From: an uncultured delta proteobacterium
GTDB lineage: Bacteria > Myxococcota_A > Polyangia > Fen-1088
Direction of reading: 5' to 3'
NCBI GenBank assembly: GCA_963767925.1
Contig: CAVYGB010000008.1
Location: 1,920,001 to 1,984,000, forward strand
Length of the DNA: 64,000 nucleotides
The position numbers and the translations under genes were made by a program. Positions 29,806-38,746 of the stretch are shown here, piece by piece. Positions within the stretch are counted from its first letter, which is position 1; every line of letters begins with the position of its first letter. A model generated the notes under the pieces. That model made no database searches. It was not told the origin of the DNA and was given only the letters and a program-made list of their open reading frames with translations.

Positions 29806-30261
29806 TCATGGGGGGCAGTGATCGGACGGGGGCCATCGTCGCGGCGGTCTCTGCGCCCATCCCACCCGCCCGCACCGCATGCAATGCCCCCGTCGCGGCC
29901 ATGGAGCCACGTCGACAACCCGCGCGGCTACAGCCTGATCTATGTCGATCTTCGGGTCCGGTACCGCCGTGGCCGTGCTCGACGCCGGTGACGGCGCCGA
30001 GATGGCGGCCGCCGCGGGCAGCTCCGCCGCTGGGCGCCTCTGTCGCAAGCCGCTGCGGTAGGCCTCGCACGCTGCCGCTCGACGGAGTCGCCCCCCGGGT
30101 GTCGACATGTACTGGGCCTGCGCTCGCCGGCACTGCTCCCGACGTGCACGCTCCCGGCAGCCACCGCCGCAGTAGCGCTGTCCGCAATAGCAGCGGCGGC
30201 ACATGAAAAACGGCCGACCGCACTCCGGCCGGGCGCACTCGAGAACACGTAGAGGAGCCAC
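29806..30261 (-). CDS. Cys-rich (putative Zn-binding) IS21 accessory protein
   Basis: CARPECGRPFFMCRRCYCGQRYCGGGCR..RRAQAQY...GR; C-terminal CMRCGR. Confidence 0.7.
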   Translation of the reverse strand: MAPLRVLECARPECGRPFFMCRRCYCGQRYCGGGCRERARREQCRRAQAQYMSTPGGRLRRAAACEAYRSGLRQRRPAAELPAAAAISAPSPASSTATAVPDPKIDIDQAVAARVVDVAPWPRRGHCMRCGRVGWAQRPPRRWPPSDHCPP

Positions 30262-30794
30262 TCGTCCCTGCGACAGGCGCTGGACGAGACGCAGGGACTG
30301 TGCGAAATCGGACCTACCGGATCGCGTCCCTGCGTTTCGGCCCGAGGGCTCGGAGCTACCAACTCCGGGCCCTCACCTTTTCGGTCACCTGCTCAGAGCC
30401 GATCTACCCCGACACGACGCTCCGTAGCCAGAAAGGCCGCCTGGCCGGCGTGGCCGTCAGCCGTCCCCCCCCGAGGGCCTTTTCACCGCCACGGTGGGGG
30501 AGAATTACGCCGCCACTCGCAATTGTTCGCCCACGACGGGCCGGGGCCGTGAACCAGAACCCTCTCCTCAAGCTGTCCAGTTACGTGGCAACCCGCCCCG
30601 CCGCGACACTCTGCCACGGCGACCAGCATAGGCCCTCACGCCCCTGCTCGATTATCAACCATCTTCGGCGCCCGGCTTGCTTGGAAGGTGCTCGCGGCCC
30701 ATCGTGTGTCGGTGTTCATGGCCACGAAAACCACCCCCCATCACGCCGCCCTTCGGGCCGGCGCTCTGGCGTCGTACCTCTCCGTGAGATCTGA

Positions 30795-31199
30795 ATGGAA
30801 GCATCTCGGACGCCCGTATCGGCCCCGGCTTCACCGCCACTGGTGCTGGTCGTCGACGATGACGCGGACATCCGGGAGGCACTGCGGGACGTGCTCGAAG
30901 CGGCTGGATACGCCGTCGCCGAGGCGGCCAACGGCCTGGAGGCATTCACTTATCTCGAGCGGAATCCAAGGCCGGGGGCGATCCTCCTCGATCTCTTCAT
31001 GCCGGTCATGGATGGGTGGCAACTCGCCAGACGAATCGAATCGGTTCCAGCGCTGGCCAGCGTTCCGCTGGTCGTGGTGACGGCCAGCGGGTCTCACTGG
31101 GGGTATCCCAGCAAACGCGTGCTGCTAAAGCCGATCGACCTGCCCCGCCTGTTGCAGGAGCTCCATGACCTGGCCCCGGTACCCGAAGCGGGCCGCTGA
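30795..31199 (+). CDS. Single-domain response regulator (CheY-like)
   Basis: VLVVDDD, AANGLEA, ILLDLFMPVMDG, VVVTA, LKPID. Confidence 0.9.
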   Translation: MEASRTPVSAPASPPLVLVVDDDADIREALRDVLEAAGYAVAEAANGLEAFTYLERNPRPGAILLDLFMPVMDGWQLARRIESVPALASVPLVVVTASGSHWGYPSKRVLLKPIDLPRLLQELHDLAPVPEAGR

Positions 31200-31285
31200 C
31201 GACTCGAATTGCCAATAGCACGAGGCGTATCCGCAGTCGTCCGATAGCAGCCCGTTTGCCTGGTGAGGTGCCGCCAGCCGGCCCG

Positions 31286-32461
31286 TCAGTATTCGGGAAG
31301 CTCGATCTCGTCGGTAAGCTGGCGACCGATCGCCAGGTCGGCCACCAAGGGGAGGTTGAGCAAGCGAGTCGTCTGGCGTTGCAGGAACAGGCGCAACCTC
31401 GAAGAGGGGGCAAAGAACCGGGCGAACCGCTCCGCGGCCTGCTGTTTTCGGGCGATGAACGCGCCCAGCCGCTCCTGATATCGATTGAACGCGCGTGTGT
31501 GGTCTCCGCCCGCAACCTTCAACTCCCCGGCCAGTACGTACGCGGAGACCATCGCGAGCGCGGCGCCCTGCCCGGCGAGCAGCGAGGGGCAAAAGGCCGC
31601 ATCACCCACCAGGCCGAGACGTCCTTTCGTCCAGCGCTCCATGCGGATCTGACTGACCCGATCGAAATAGAGATCCTGCACCGTCTCCATCGCGGCCAGG
31701 ATCTGGTCGCACTCCCAGCCTGCACCTGCGAACCGCCGGCGCAGCCTGGCCTTGGCCGCGGACACATCGTTCAGCTGTTCTCCGCCGGTCTCCTTCTGGG
31801 CGTACACGAACAGGAACATGGTCCTATCATCGCGAAGGCTGAACCGCGCCGCCTGGCCCCCAACTTGGTGATACATGACATAGACGTCGGGATCTCGCGG
31901 GCGGTAGTGCGCGATCTCGAAGGCAGCCACCTGGCAACCGAGGTATCTCTCGAATCGGTCCTCTCCGAAACCGAGCCGTCGGACGTTCGAATGCAGCCCG
32001 TCGGCGCCGATCACCAGATCGTAGCTCCGCCGCCCCGACCGCGCGAGCTGAACGCGCACCTGCGGGTCTTCCGGTTCCAGCGAGACGATGGACTCCCCGA
32101 AGATCACCTCTGCCCTGGTCTCGATCGTCCGGTAGCAGGCGGCCGCCAGCTCCCCCCGAGCGATGCTGAGGTAACGTCCCCGGGTCAGCCGGGCGAACAC
32201 CTCGGCCGAAAAGCCGCCCACCCGCCCGCCCGCGCGGTCGACCATCCGAACCTCGCGGACCTTGTACGCCCTGGCCTCCAGGTCGTGGAGCAGGCCCATC
32301 CGCTCGGCGATATCGAAGCCGGCACCCCAGAAGTCGATGATGTAGCCGCCGGTACGCAGCGCTGGCGCCTGCTCGACCAGGGTCACCTCCATCCCGTTCC
32401 GGATGAGCCAGTGGGCCAGCGTTGGGCCGGCCACGCCAGCACCGGAGATCAGAATCCTCAC
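31286..32461 (-). CDS. FAD-dependent oxidoreductase/monooxygenase
   Basis: ISGAGVAG, DLVIGADGLHSNVR, LVGDAAFCPSLLAGQG. Confidence 0.9.
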   Translation of the reverse strand: MRILISGAGVAGPTLAHWLIRNGMEVTLVEQAPALRTGGYIIDFWGAGFDIAERMGLLHDLEARAYKVREVRMVDRAGGRVGGFSAEVFARLTRGRYLSIARGELAAACYRTIETRAEVIFGESIVSLEPEDPQVRVQLARSGRRSYDLVIGADGLHSNVRRLGFGEDRFERYLGCQVAAFEIAHYRPRDPDVYVMYHQVGGQAARFSLRDDRTMFLFVYAQKETGGEQLNDVSAAKARLRRRFAGAGWECDQILAAMETVQDLYFDRVSQIRMERWTKGRLGLVGDAAFCPSLLAGQGAALAMVSAYVLAGELKVAGGDHTRAFNRYQERLGAFIARKQQAAERFARFFAPSSRLRLFLQRQTTRLLNLPLVADLAIGRQLTDEIELPEY

Positions 32462-32708
32462 GCCCCGAGCCTACGCGACCGCCAGCCCGGACGCTCAGCG
32501 CAGAGTGATGGTCACGAACCCGGCTCCGCGTAACCCGATCTTGCAACTCGGCAAGGTGGGCGTTCGCCCCAGGCCGATAGGGCAATCGCCCGGATTGGGA
32601 GCAGGCGTTCCGCTCGATAGGGTAAACGTATCGCCGGCTGCAGGGAGGGTCACCGCCGTGCCAGCCGTCGAATGGAGGCGGTAAATGAGGACGATTCTGG
32701 TTGATGCG

Positions 32709-33227
32709 GATCACTTTCACGGTCGGCTCCAGTCCGTCGGTCAGCATCACGTTGCCGGGCTTGATGTCGCCGTGAACGATCCGTCGCCCGTGGGCGGCCT
32801 CCAGCGCAGCCGCGATCTGCGCCACCATCCCTCCTGCGCGTTGCGGAGACATCAGCCCGCGCTCCGAGATGTGGCGAGCGAGGTCCAGACCCTCCACGTA
32901 CTCCATGGCCAAGAAGGGACCTTGCGGCCCCCGGGTGTCAAAGTCGAGCAGGCGTACCACGTTCGCATGCTGGACCAGCCCGAGCATCCTCCCTCCCTCA
33001 CCGAAGCGAGCCAGTGCCGCAGGGTCTTCGCGCAGGCGGGAGGGCAAGACCTTCACCGCGAAGCGACCACGCCAGCGCGTGTGGCTCGCAATATAGACTT
33101 CTCCCATCCCACCGGCCGCAAGTTTCCCGAGGATTCGGTAGGAACTGCCCACCAAGGCGCCGCGATCGAGCTTGTCTGATTCGTCGGCTGGCACCGGCGA
33201 TCGTTCCCCGGGCACCTCAGCCTCCAA
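32709..33227 (-). pseudogene. Ser/Thr kinase N-terminal fragment, truncated just before DFG
   Basis: AGGMGEVY, AVKVL, AMEYVEG, VHGDIKPGNVML..VKVI, then unrelated sequence. Confidence 0.82.
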
Positions 33228-33651
33228 GACCGTGCCATCAGCTGGCCCGCTCGACTGGGCGGCTACTCCGGCTGCGAAACCCCGACTCGGACGTTCATGT
33301 GGACAGCGAGACCGGCCGCCCGAGCGTGGCCAGACGCCACCCGAGGCGCTATGCTACGCCACGAGCGCAGACCGACGGCTCAGGACGGCTCCTCGTCTGA
33401 CGAGCTCGTTGCTCCAGGCTCGCTGGATCACCGATCTGCGCATCGTCAACCCTGACGCCGACGAGTGAGCTACGCGTCGAGGCGCGTGTGGCACTCGCGT
33501 TGCAGTTGCACGCCTCAAGATGGCATCGAGGGCACTCGACGCTGCCGTGTTAGCTCGCACGTAGTTTCGTAGATCACCGCGAGGATCCTCCGGCACTGCG
33601 CCCCCGGTGAGCCGGGTGAGATGGGGGGCGAGACCGGGACGGTGTGGCGGG

Positions 33652-34431
33652 GAGGTATACGCCGAGATCGACAATGCCGACAAGACGTACCTGCTGTCGG
33701 GGGGAAAATGGTACGCCGTCTCGGCGAGCTTCGTGGCCGAGGTCAACGCGTCGGTGCAGGCCTTGGAGAACAAGACCGTTGAGCTCCCCAACTACGACGA
33801 CACCAACGAGGCGACCTACAACGCCCGCGCGGCGGCGCAGAACCCGAGCTACGCTCTCATGGACCGGAAGAACATCCCCTACGGCGCTGCCCGCAGCTCC
33901 ATCGAGCTGTGCGACCTGTTCAGCGACAGGAAACAGCTCATCCACGTCAAGCGCGGGGCTTCCAGCGACGTCCTGAGCCATCTCTTTTCCCAGGGCGCGG
34001 TCTCGGCCGAGGCGTTCGCCATGGCAGCGGACTTTCGCGACAAGTGCCGGACCCGCCTCCCGGCCTCTCACCGATCTCTGGTCCCAAAGGACCGGCCCTC
34101 GTACGACGCCTACGAGGTGGTTTTCGCGGTCATCACCGGCAGCCTCAAGGGCCTCGCCGAAGCCCTGCCCTTCTTCAGCCGGATCAACCTGCGCAATCGC
34201 GCGCAGACGTTGCGCGCGCTGGGATACCGGGTCTCGTTGACCAAGGTCCCGGTCCAGGCGTCAGCCGTGGTGTCGACGGCCCGCTCGCGCATCCGCGCCC
34301 GGCCGCCCTCGGCCACGGTGCCTACGCTGGCGGGCGCCCCGATGCATGCCCCGCCAGGCTCCCTGCCGCATCCTGCCGGGCTGAAAGGCCGACGCGCACC
34401 GGGCAAGAGGCGCCCTCCGGCTCCACGTTAG
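33652..34431 (+). pseudogene. C-terminal fragment of a TIGR04141/DUF6119-like protein
   Basis: YLLSGGKWY, E..YN, IELCDL...LIHVKR..SS.LSHLFSQG.VS, LPFFSRINL; no N-terminal half or credible start. Confidence 0.72.
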
Positions 34432-34590
34432 GATCGTGGACCGATCCGGTCACTCGATGTGACCGTCAGGCCACGCCCGTTCCAGCACCGAGCCCGAACG
34501 GACCGATGCTTCGCACGTCGCCGCAGCCTGCCAGCCGAACAGAGTCACGGCACCGTCCTGCGCCTCACCACCGGCTCGGCTCCGGTCACC

Positions 34591-34890
34591 TCAGCCGAAC
34601 ATCTTGTCCAGCCGCTTCCGCTTGGGAGCGGCTGGACCCTTCGGGCTGTAGAGGTACGGATTGCTGCCAAGTCGGTCCCGCGTCTCCGTCTCGACCTCGC
34701 TCAGCGGCTGGCCGAGGCCGATGAACAGCTCAAGCTGGCTGACGATGTGGAACTTCAGCTTGCCGGCCGCGGTGGTGAGGGTGCAGACCCTCGACTCGAC
34801 CGTCTGACTGTCCGGGTCGCCACCGTAAAAGGCGATCTTGGCCTCTTCTCGGCTGTACCCCAGGCCGAACTTCTTCCTGACGGTCGCCAT
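34591..34890 (-). CDS. Hypothetical protein
   Basis: Protein-like 99-aa ORF downstream of the integrase; an alternative start at 35040 overlaps the integrase stop. Confidence 0.55.
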   Translation of the reverse strand: MATVRKKFGLGYSREEAKIAFYGGDPDSQTVESRVCTLTTAAGKLKFHIVSQLELFIGLGQPLSEVETETRDRLGSNPYLYSPKGPAAPKRKRLDKMFG

Positions 34891-35036
34891 CGCCGAACGT
34901 CGGTGCGCAGACGTAGATCGGTCGGGGGCCAGCGGGCCCCGGCTTGGGCGTCTGCGGTAGGCGGACAACCGACATGATCGGGTGGTGCTCATCATACGCC
35001 GCCCCGTCGACAGCACCAGCCCCCGAGACCATCCGG

Positions 35037-36266
35037 TCATTCGCGGCGGTCACCACCTCTGCCTCGTCGAGGACTACGGCGGCCGATCGGGGCAACGCCA
35101 CGAATCGCGTCCGAGAACGACCGCCGGATGAACCGGGCGTAGTGCTTCTTCGTCACGACCGGAGACGAGTGGTTGACCGCGGCCGAGACCTCGTCGAGCG
35201 GGATGCCGGCTTCGAGGTTGCGGCTGATGAAAGAGTGTCGGGTTGCCTCGTAGAAGGTCATCTCCGGCACGCCGCACCCCACGCGGGCCTTCTCCCAGCA
35301 GCTCTGCACGTATTCCTTGCGAATCCCGGCCCAGCCGGTGGTTCTCGGGCGGTCGCCCGGGTCGATGGGGACGAAGACCAGGTCCTCGCGCCGCGCCTTC
35401 TCGGCCCGGCGGCGCTCAAGAAAGGGCCCCAGGATCTTCGCCGTATCGGCGTGGGCGGGGACCATCTTGGACTTGCCCTGCCCGCGGCGATCCTCCTTGA
35501 GCGGGCCGATCCCCTCGTCGGTCGCGCTCCCGCGCACCACGATCAGGCCGTCATCGAGGTAGGCGAAGTCCTGCATCCGGAGCGCCCGCGTCTCCGATGG
35601 CCGGAGGCCGGAGCGGTTGCCCAGCCAGAAGATGTAGTTCACCGGCTCCGGGAGCACGGCGAACAGCTTCTCGAAGGTCTTCTCGTCCTGGATCCATGGC
35701 CCGTCCGTCTTCGGCGCGCCCTGCGGGCGCCGGCCCGGCGTCACCGAACGGCAAGGGTTGACCTCCGCGTGGCCGAGCTCGATCGCCCAGCTCCAGAACC
35801 GGGACAGCAGGTTGAAGACGTGCCTCTGTGACTGCCCGCCTCCGGCTGTCTTCTTGAGCAGCTCGAGCCACCGCATGACGCCGGCCACCTTTTGCCCCTC
35901 GGCCAGGGTGACGTCCGCCCACGCGGGGATCACCTGCACCTCCGCCCGACGCCGGTCGTTCTTCGCATTCCGGTTCGACAGGCCCGCCAACCAAACGGCC
36001 ATGAGCGGCCCCATCGTGGGAGCCGACGGCGCGGCCGGCTCCGGCACGCCGGCCGACGGCGCCCCTGCTACCGCCCCCGGCGCATCCTCCTCCATCCCCG
36101 GCTGCCCCGCCGCTACGCGCAGCTCGATCTCCGCCAGCCGCGCCCTACCCTCCGCCTTCGACCGCACCCCTCTCAGCAGCCGGGTCCGCCGGGTCCCATC
36201 GACGTCGTAGTAGTCCGCGTACACCTTGGGCAGGTCACGCGTACCCCGGATAACGATGCGGCCCAC
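35037..36266 (-). CDS. Tyrosine recombinase/integrase, intact
   Basis: Arm-binding-like N-terminus, GLRPSE (R), PLKE (K), YEATRH, VNHSS, KHY (Y); GTG start with GGGAG RBS. Confidence 0.9.
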   Translation of the reverse strand: MGRIVIRGTRDLPKVYADYYDVDGTRRTRLLRGVRSKAEGRARLAEIELRVAAGQPGMEEDAPGAVAGAPSAGVPEPAAPSAPTMGPLMAVWLAGLSNRNAKNDRRRAEVQVIPAWADVTLAEGQKVAGVMRWLELLKKTAGGGQSQRHVFNLLSRFWSWAIELGHAEVNPCRSVTPGRRPQGAPKTDGPWIQDEKTFEKLFAVLPEPVNYIFWLGNRSGLRPSETRALRMQDFAYLDDGLIVVRGSATDEGIGPLKEDRRGQGKSKMVPAHADTAKILGPFLERRRAEKARREDLVFVPIDPGDRPRTTGWAGIRKEYVQSCWEKARVGCGVPEMTFYEATRHSFISRNLEAGIPLDEVSAAVNHSSPVVTKKHYARFIRRSFSDAIRGVAPIGRRSPRRGRGGDRRE

Positions 36267-36394
36267 GGCTAGCTCCCGCTCCTGCACGGGTACCCGCACT
36301 TTTGGAGTACCGGAGGAGTACAGGTCCTTCGGGGCGATCCGGCCTGGAGTTTCCGGATCGGTGGATTCTCGTCAGAGATCCACAGCTTGCGCTG

Positions 36395-36471
36395 CGCGCC
36401 CGGGCTGAGTCGAACAGCCAACCCCAGGCTTCGTAGGCCTGGGGCCAGCACTGGTCCGGTGTAGCGGGGGG
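36395..36471 (-). tRNA. Atypical or degenerate tRNA-Arg(ACG)-like element
   Basis: Anticodon arm CAGGC-CT ACG AA-GCCTG; T arm GGCTG-TTCGACT-CAGCC; 3' acceptor strand CGGGCGC-G. The 5' strand CCCCCCG pairs only 5/7 and the D arm is non-canonical. Confidence 0.65.
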
Positions 36472-36584
36472 AAACCAGAACCGCCGCTACTTCGGAACAC
36501 CCACAGAAATCTGCCCGACGGAACGGCCCTGCCGCCCGCCTTGGCCGAGCGGCGCTCAGTTGAGCTGGGCGCCCCCCGTGCGGG

Positions 36585-37187
36585 TCAGACCCGGCTGTCC
36601 CACGGCCCCTGTTCCCTCGGGGCTGGTCCCATTCGGTCTCCTTGAAGACGGCGGATGGTCGCTTGCAGTGCTACCTGGGTACGCGCACGCCATCGCCGGA
36701 TTCGGATGGTGGCCAGCGACGAGATTGGAACAAGGACTGCGGCACATAGAGATGTTGCCCGAAGGAGCTCCTGGAATCTCTCCCCGATCACCTCCCGCGG
36801 TAGGAGCGAGAGAACCGCTGGGAACACCGCGATGCTGACCTGGACTACGACTCTCGGCCGCTGCATTTCGAGTCCCTCCCGGGATGCCATCACGACGATC
36901 GCCGGCCAAAACAGGGAGGCGAGTATCAAACCGCCCAGCACGCCGCGAATCGGCCATGCAAACGGTGTCTGGTAGACGAGCGGTGGCCCGTCCCACCCTT
37001 TGTCCTCTGGATGATGTTCAGTCCCGAACACCGCCGACCCGAAGGACACTCTCTGCGTGCAGTGCGGGTTCGTCTCGAACGCCCCCAGGAATGCTGTGCC
37101 AGCCATCACGAGTAGCGCAATCGAAGCCCGACCAGGCGTGGGACTCGGTCGAAGATCGACTTCTACGGCCGCTGGATCTTCCTGCAT
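36585..37187 (-). CDS. Hypothetical membrane protein
   Basis: 200-aa ORF with about four hydrophobic segments. Confidence 0.5.
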   Translation of the reverse strand: MQEDPAAVEVDLRPSPTPGRASIALLVMAGTAFLGAFETNPHCTQRVSFGSAVFGTEHHPEDKGWDGPPLVYQTPFAWPIRGVLGGLILASLFWPAIVVMASREGLEMQRPRVVVQVSIAVFPAVLSLLPREVIGERFQELLRATSLCAAVLVPISSLATIRIRRWRARTQVALQATIRRLQGDRMGPAPREQGPWDSRV

Positions 37188-37327
37188 CTACGTCGTCACC
37201 ACCGAGTGCAAACGTTGGACCGATCCCTTCGACCAGCCCTGGCCGGCCTTCGCAGGTGCCCCGGCCGGGAATCCGGTCGCCGACCGGATAGCCAGCAGTC
37301 TTGATTCCGATCGTCCGTACCTCCAGG

Positions 37328-38746
37328 ATGAGAATCATGCGGCGCCCCCAAAAACCTGGACCCAGACCACGTGTCAGCGAAGCCAGATGGTCCACGCGAA
37401 TGACCCGCATCGGGGCGACCGTTACATTGACCGCAGAGCTCACCGGAAACGACCCCCAGGGCTCCGACGAGGTCGACCTCGGGGTTGCCCGCTTCATCAT
37501 CCACGAGTACAGCGGGAAGCCGCCGCAGGAAGGAGGCGGCTTCGACGTGGAGGAGATAGACACGATCGATGTGACCGTCGAGCCCGGTAAGTCGTCGGTG
37601 AGCACGACCTGGACGGTCACCGCCGAGGAGGAGGTCGGTCAGTACCGCGAAGTCCCGGAGTACCGCTTCACGGTGGAATGGGCCGAGACGAAGGCCGTCT
37701 CGAAGCTGCTCAAGCTGGGTGAAGTCACGATGGTGCAGTGGTCGTCGATCGGCGCTGCCCAGCCAATTCCCCAGGGCTATGGCGACTGCGTGGCCCGGAT
37801 CGACGAAGGCAAGCCGATATCCGTCGAGGTCCTCGCCAGCGGGCTTCAGCGCTTCGTTTGCGACATCGAGGTTCACGAGGATCGCCCCGGCCCGCTCGGC
37901 GCACCTATTGCCACTATCAAGAGTGTGCCCTTTCGCTCTGGAGTCGCACGAGCGCGATGGTCCATGCCCGAGGAGCGCGCTACGGAGTTCTCCGGCGCTC
38001 GCCTGCAGCTGGTGGCCAGACTTCGCCACGGGGTCCACATCTATGCGCCGAGACGTGCTCGATCACGACTCGCCTGCTTCATCACCCCGCGGCGCGTGTA
38101 CTTTGCCCTCTACTATGTGGTTTCCGACAACGCCTTTCGACGGGCAGCGGACACGTGGGCACAGGCGGTGAAGTCCGCGCCGGCCTGGAACAACCGGTGC
38201 GACATGATCATAAAGCGCTTCCGCAAGGAGGATGATTTTCGCGCTGCCTGGGATCTGGTCCATCAGGGCATGGCCAACTCCGGTATGAGCACGAGCATCG
38301 CGGAAGGTCACGTGTTCTCGCACGCATCCCGATGGACGAATAACGACGGGCTCGAGTTCGAGGACGGCACTTTCGACAGAAACGATATTCGGACTGCGCC
38401 GGTACTTGCCTGGGCGAAGGGAGAAGGCTTGCTGGTTCTCCACGGCTGCAACTCGGGGCGTTCGCGTGGAGGCGGCTGGTCGCCAGCCGCCGAGTTCGCT
38501 ACCCGACAGGGCGTGCGGACGATCGGCCAGACTGGGACGTCCTACATGTCCGGCCGGGAGGATCGCTACGAGGCAATCACGCCGACGACCCCGCGGGTCT
38601 ACCTGTGGGCATATCGCCGGGGACGAAACGACCCGCTCGGCGACGGAAGCAAGATGACGGGCCTCGATTTCCCCGCGTCGCAAGCCCCGATGAAGAAGAA
38701 GCGGCGATCGCGCACGACTTCACGACCGGCCGTCGACCTCGTCTGA
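37328..38746 (+). CDS. Beta-rich repeat N-terminus + putative His/Cys catalytic domain (DUF4347 / clan CD-like)
   Basis: HVFSHAS...LVLHGCNSG...EFATRQGVRTIGQ; visibly lower GC than the host; function inferred. Confidence 0.65.
   Translation: MRIMRRPQKPGPRPRVSEARWSTRMTRIGATVTLTAELTGNDPQGSDEVDLGVARFIIHEYSGKPPQEGGGFDVEEIDTIDVTVEPGKSSVSTTWTVTAEEEVGQYREVPEYRFTVEWAETKAVSKLLKLGEVTMVQWSSIGAAQPIPQGYGDCVARIDEGKPISVEVLASGLQRFVCDIEVHEDRPGPLGAPIATIKSVPFRSGVARARWSMPEERATEFSGARLQLVARLRHGVHIYAPRRARSRLACFITPRRVYFALYYVVSDNAFRRAADTWAQAVKSAPAWNNRCDMIIKRFRKEDDFRAAWDLVHQGMANSGMSTSIAEGHVFSHASRWTNNDGLEFEDGTFDRNDIRTAPVLAWAKGEGLLVLHGCNSGRSRGGGWSPAAEFATRQGVRTIGQTGTSYMSGREDRYEAITPTTPRVYLWAYRRGRNDPLGDGSKMTGLDFPASQAPMKKKRRSRTTSRPAVDLV

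Larger units (their letters stand above)
25960..30521 (-). mobile_element. IS21-family element B (4.56 kb, five ORFs including a ParB-like gene)
   Basis: 26-bp terminal inverted repeats starting TGC: TGCTGGTGGCAGTGAAATCCTCCCCC (25960-25985) versus GGGGGAGAATTACGCCGCCACTCGCA (30496-30521), 20/26 matching; related subterminal repeats. Confidence 0.88.

Noticed and set aside
31827..33227. 466-aa kinase apparently fused toward the FAD oxidoreductase
   Set aside because: Kinase similarity ends before DFG; the remainder is out-of-frame read-through.
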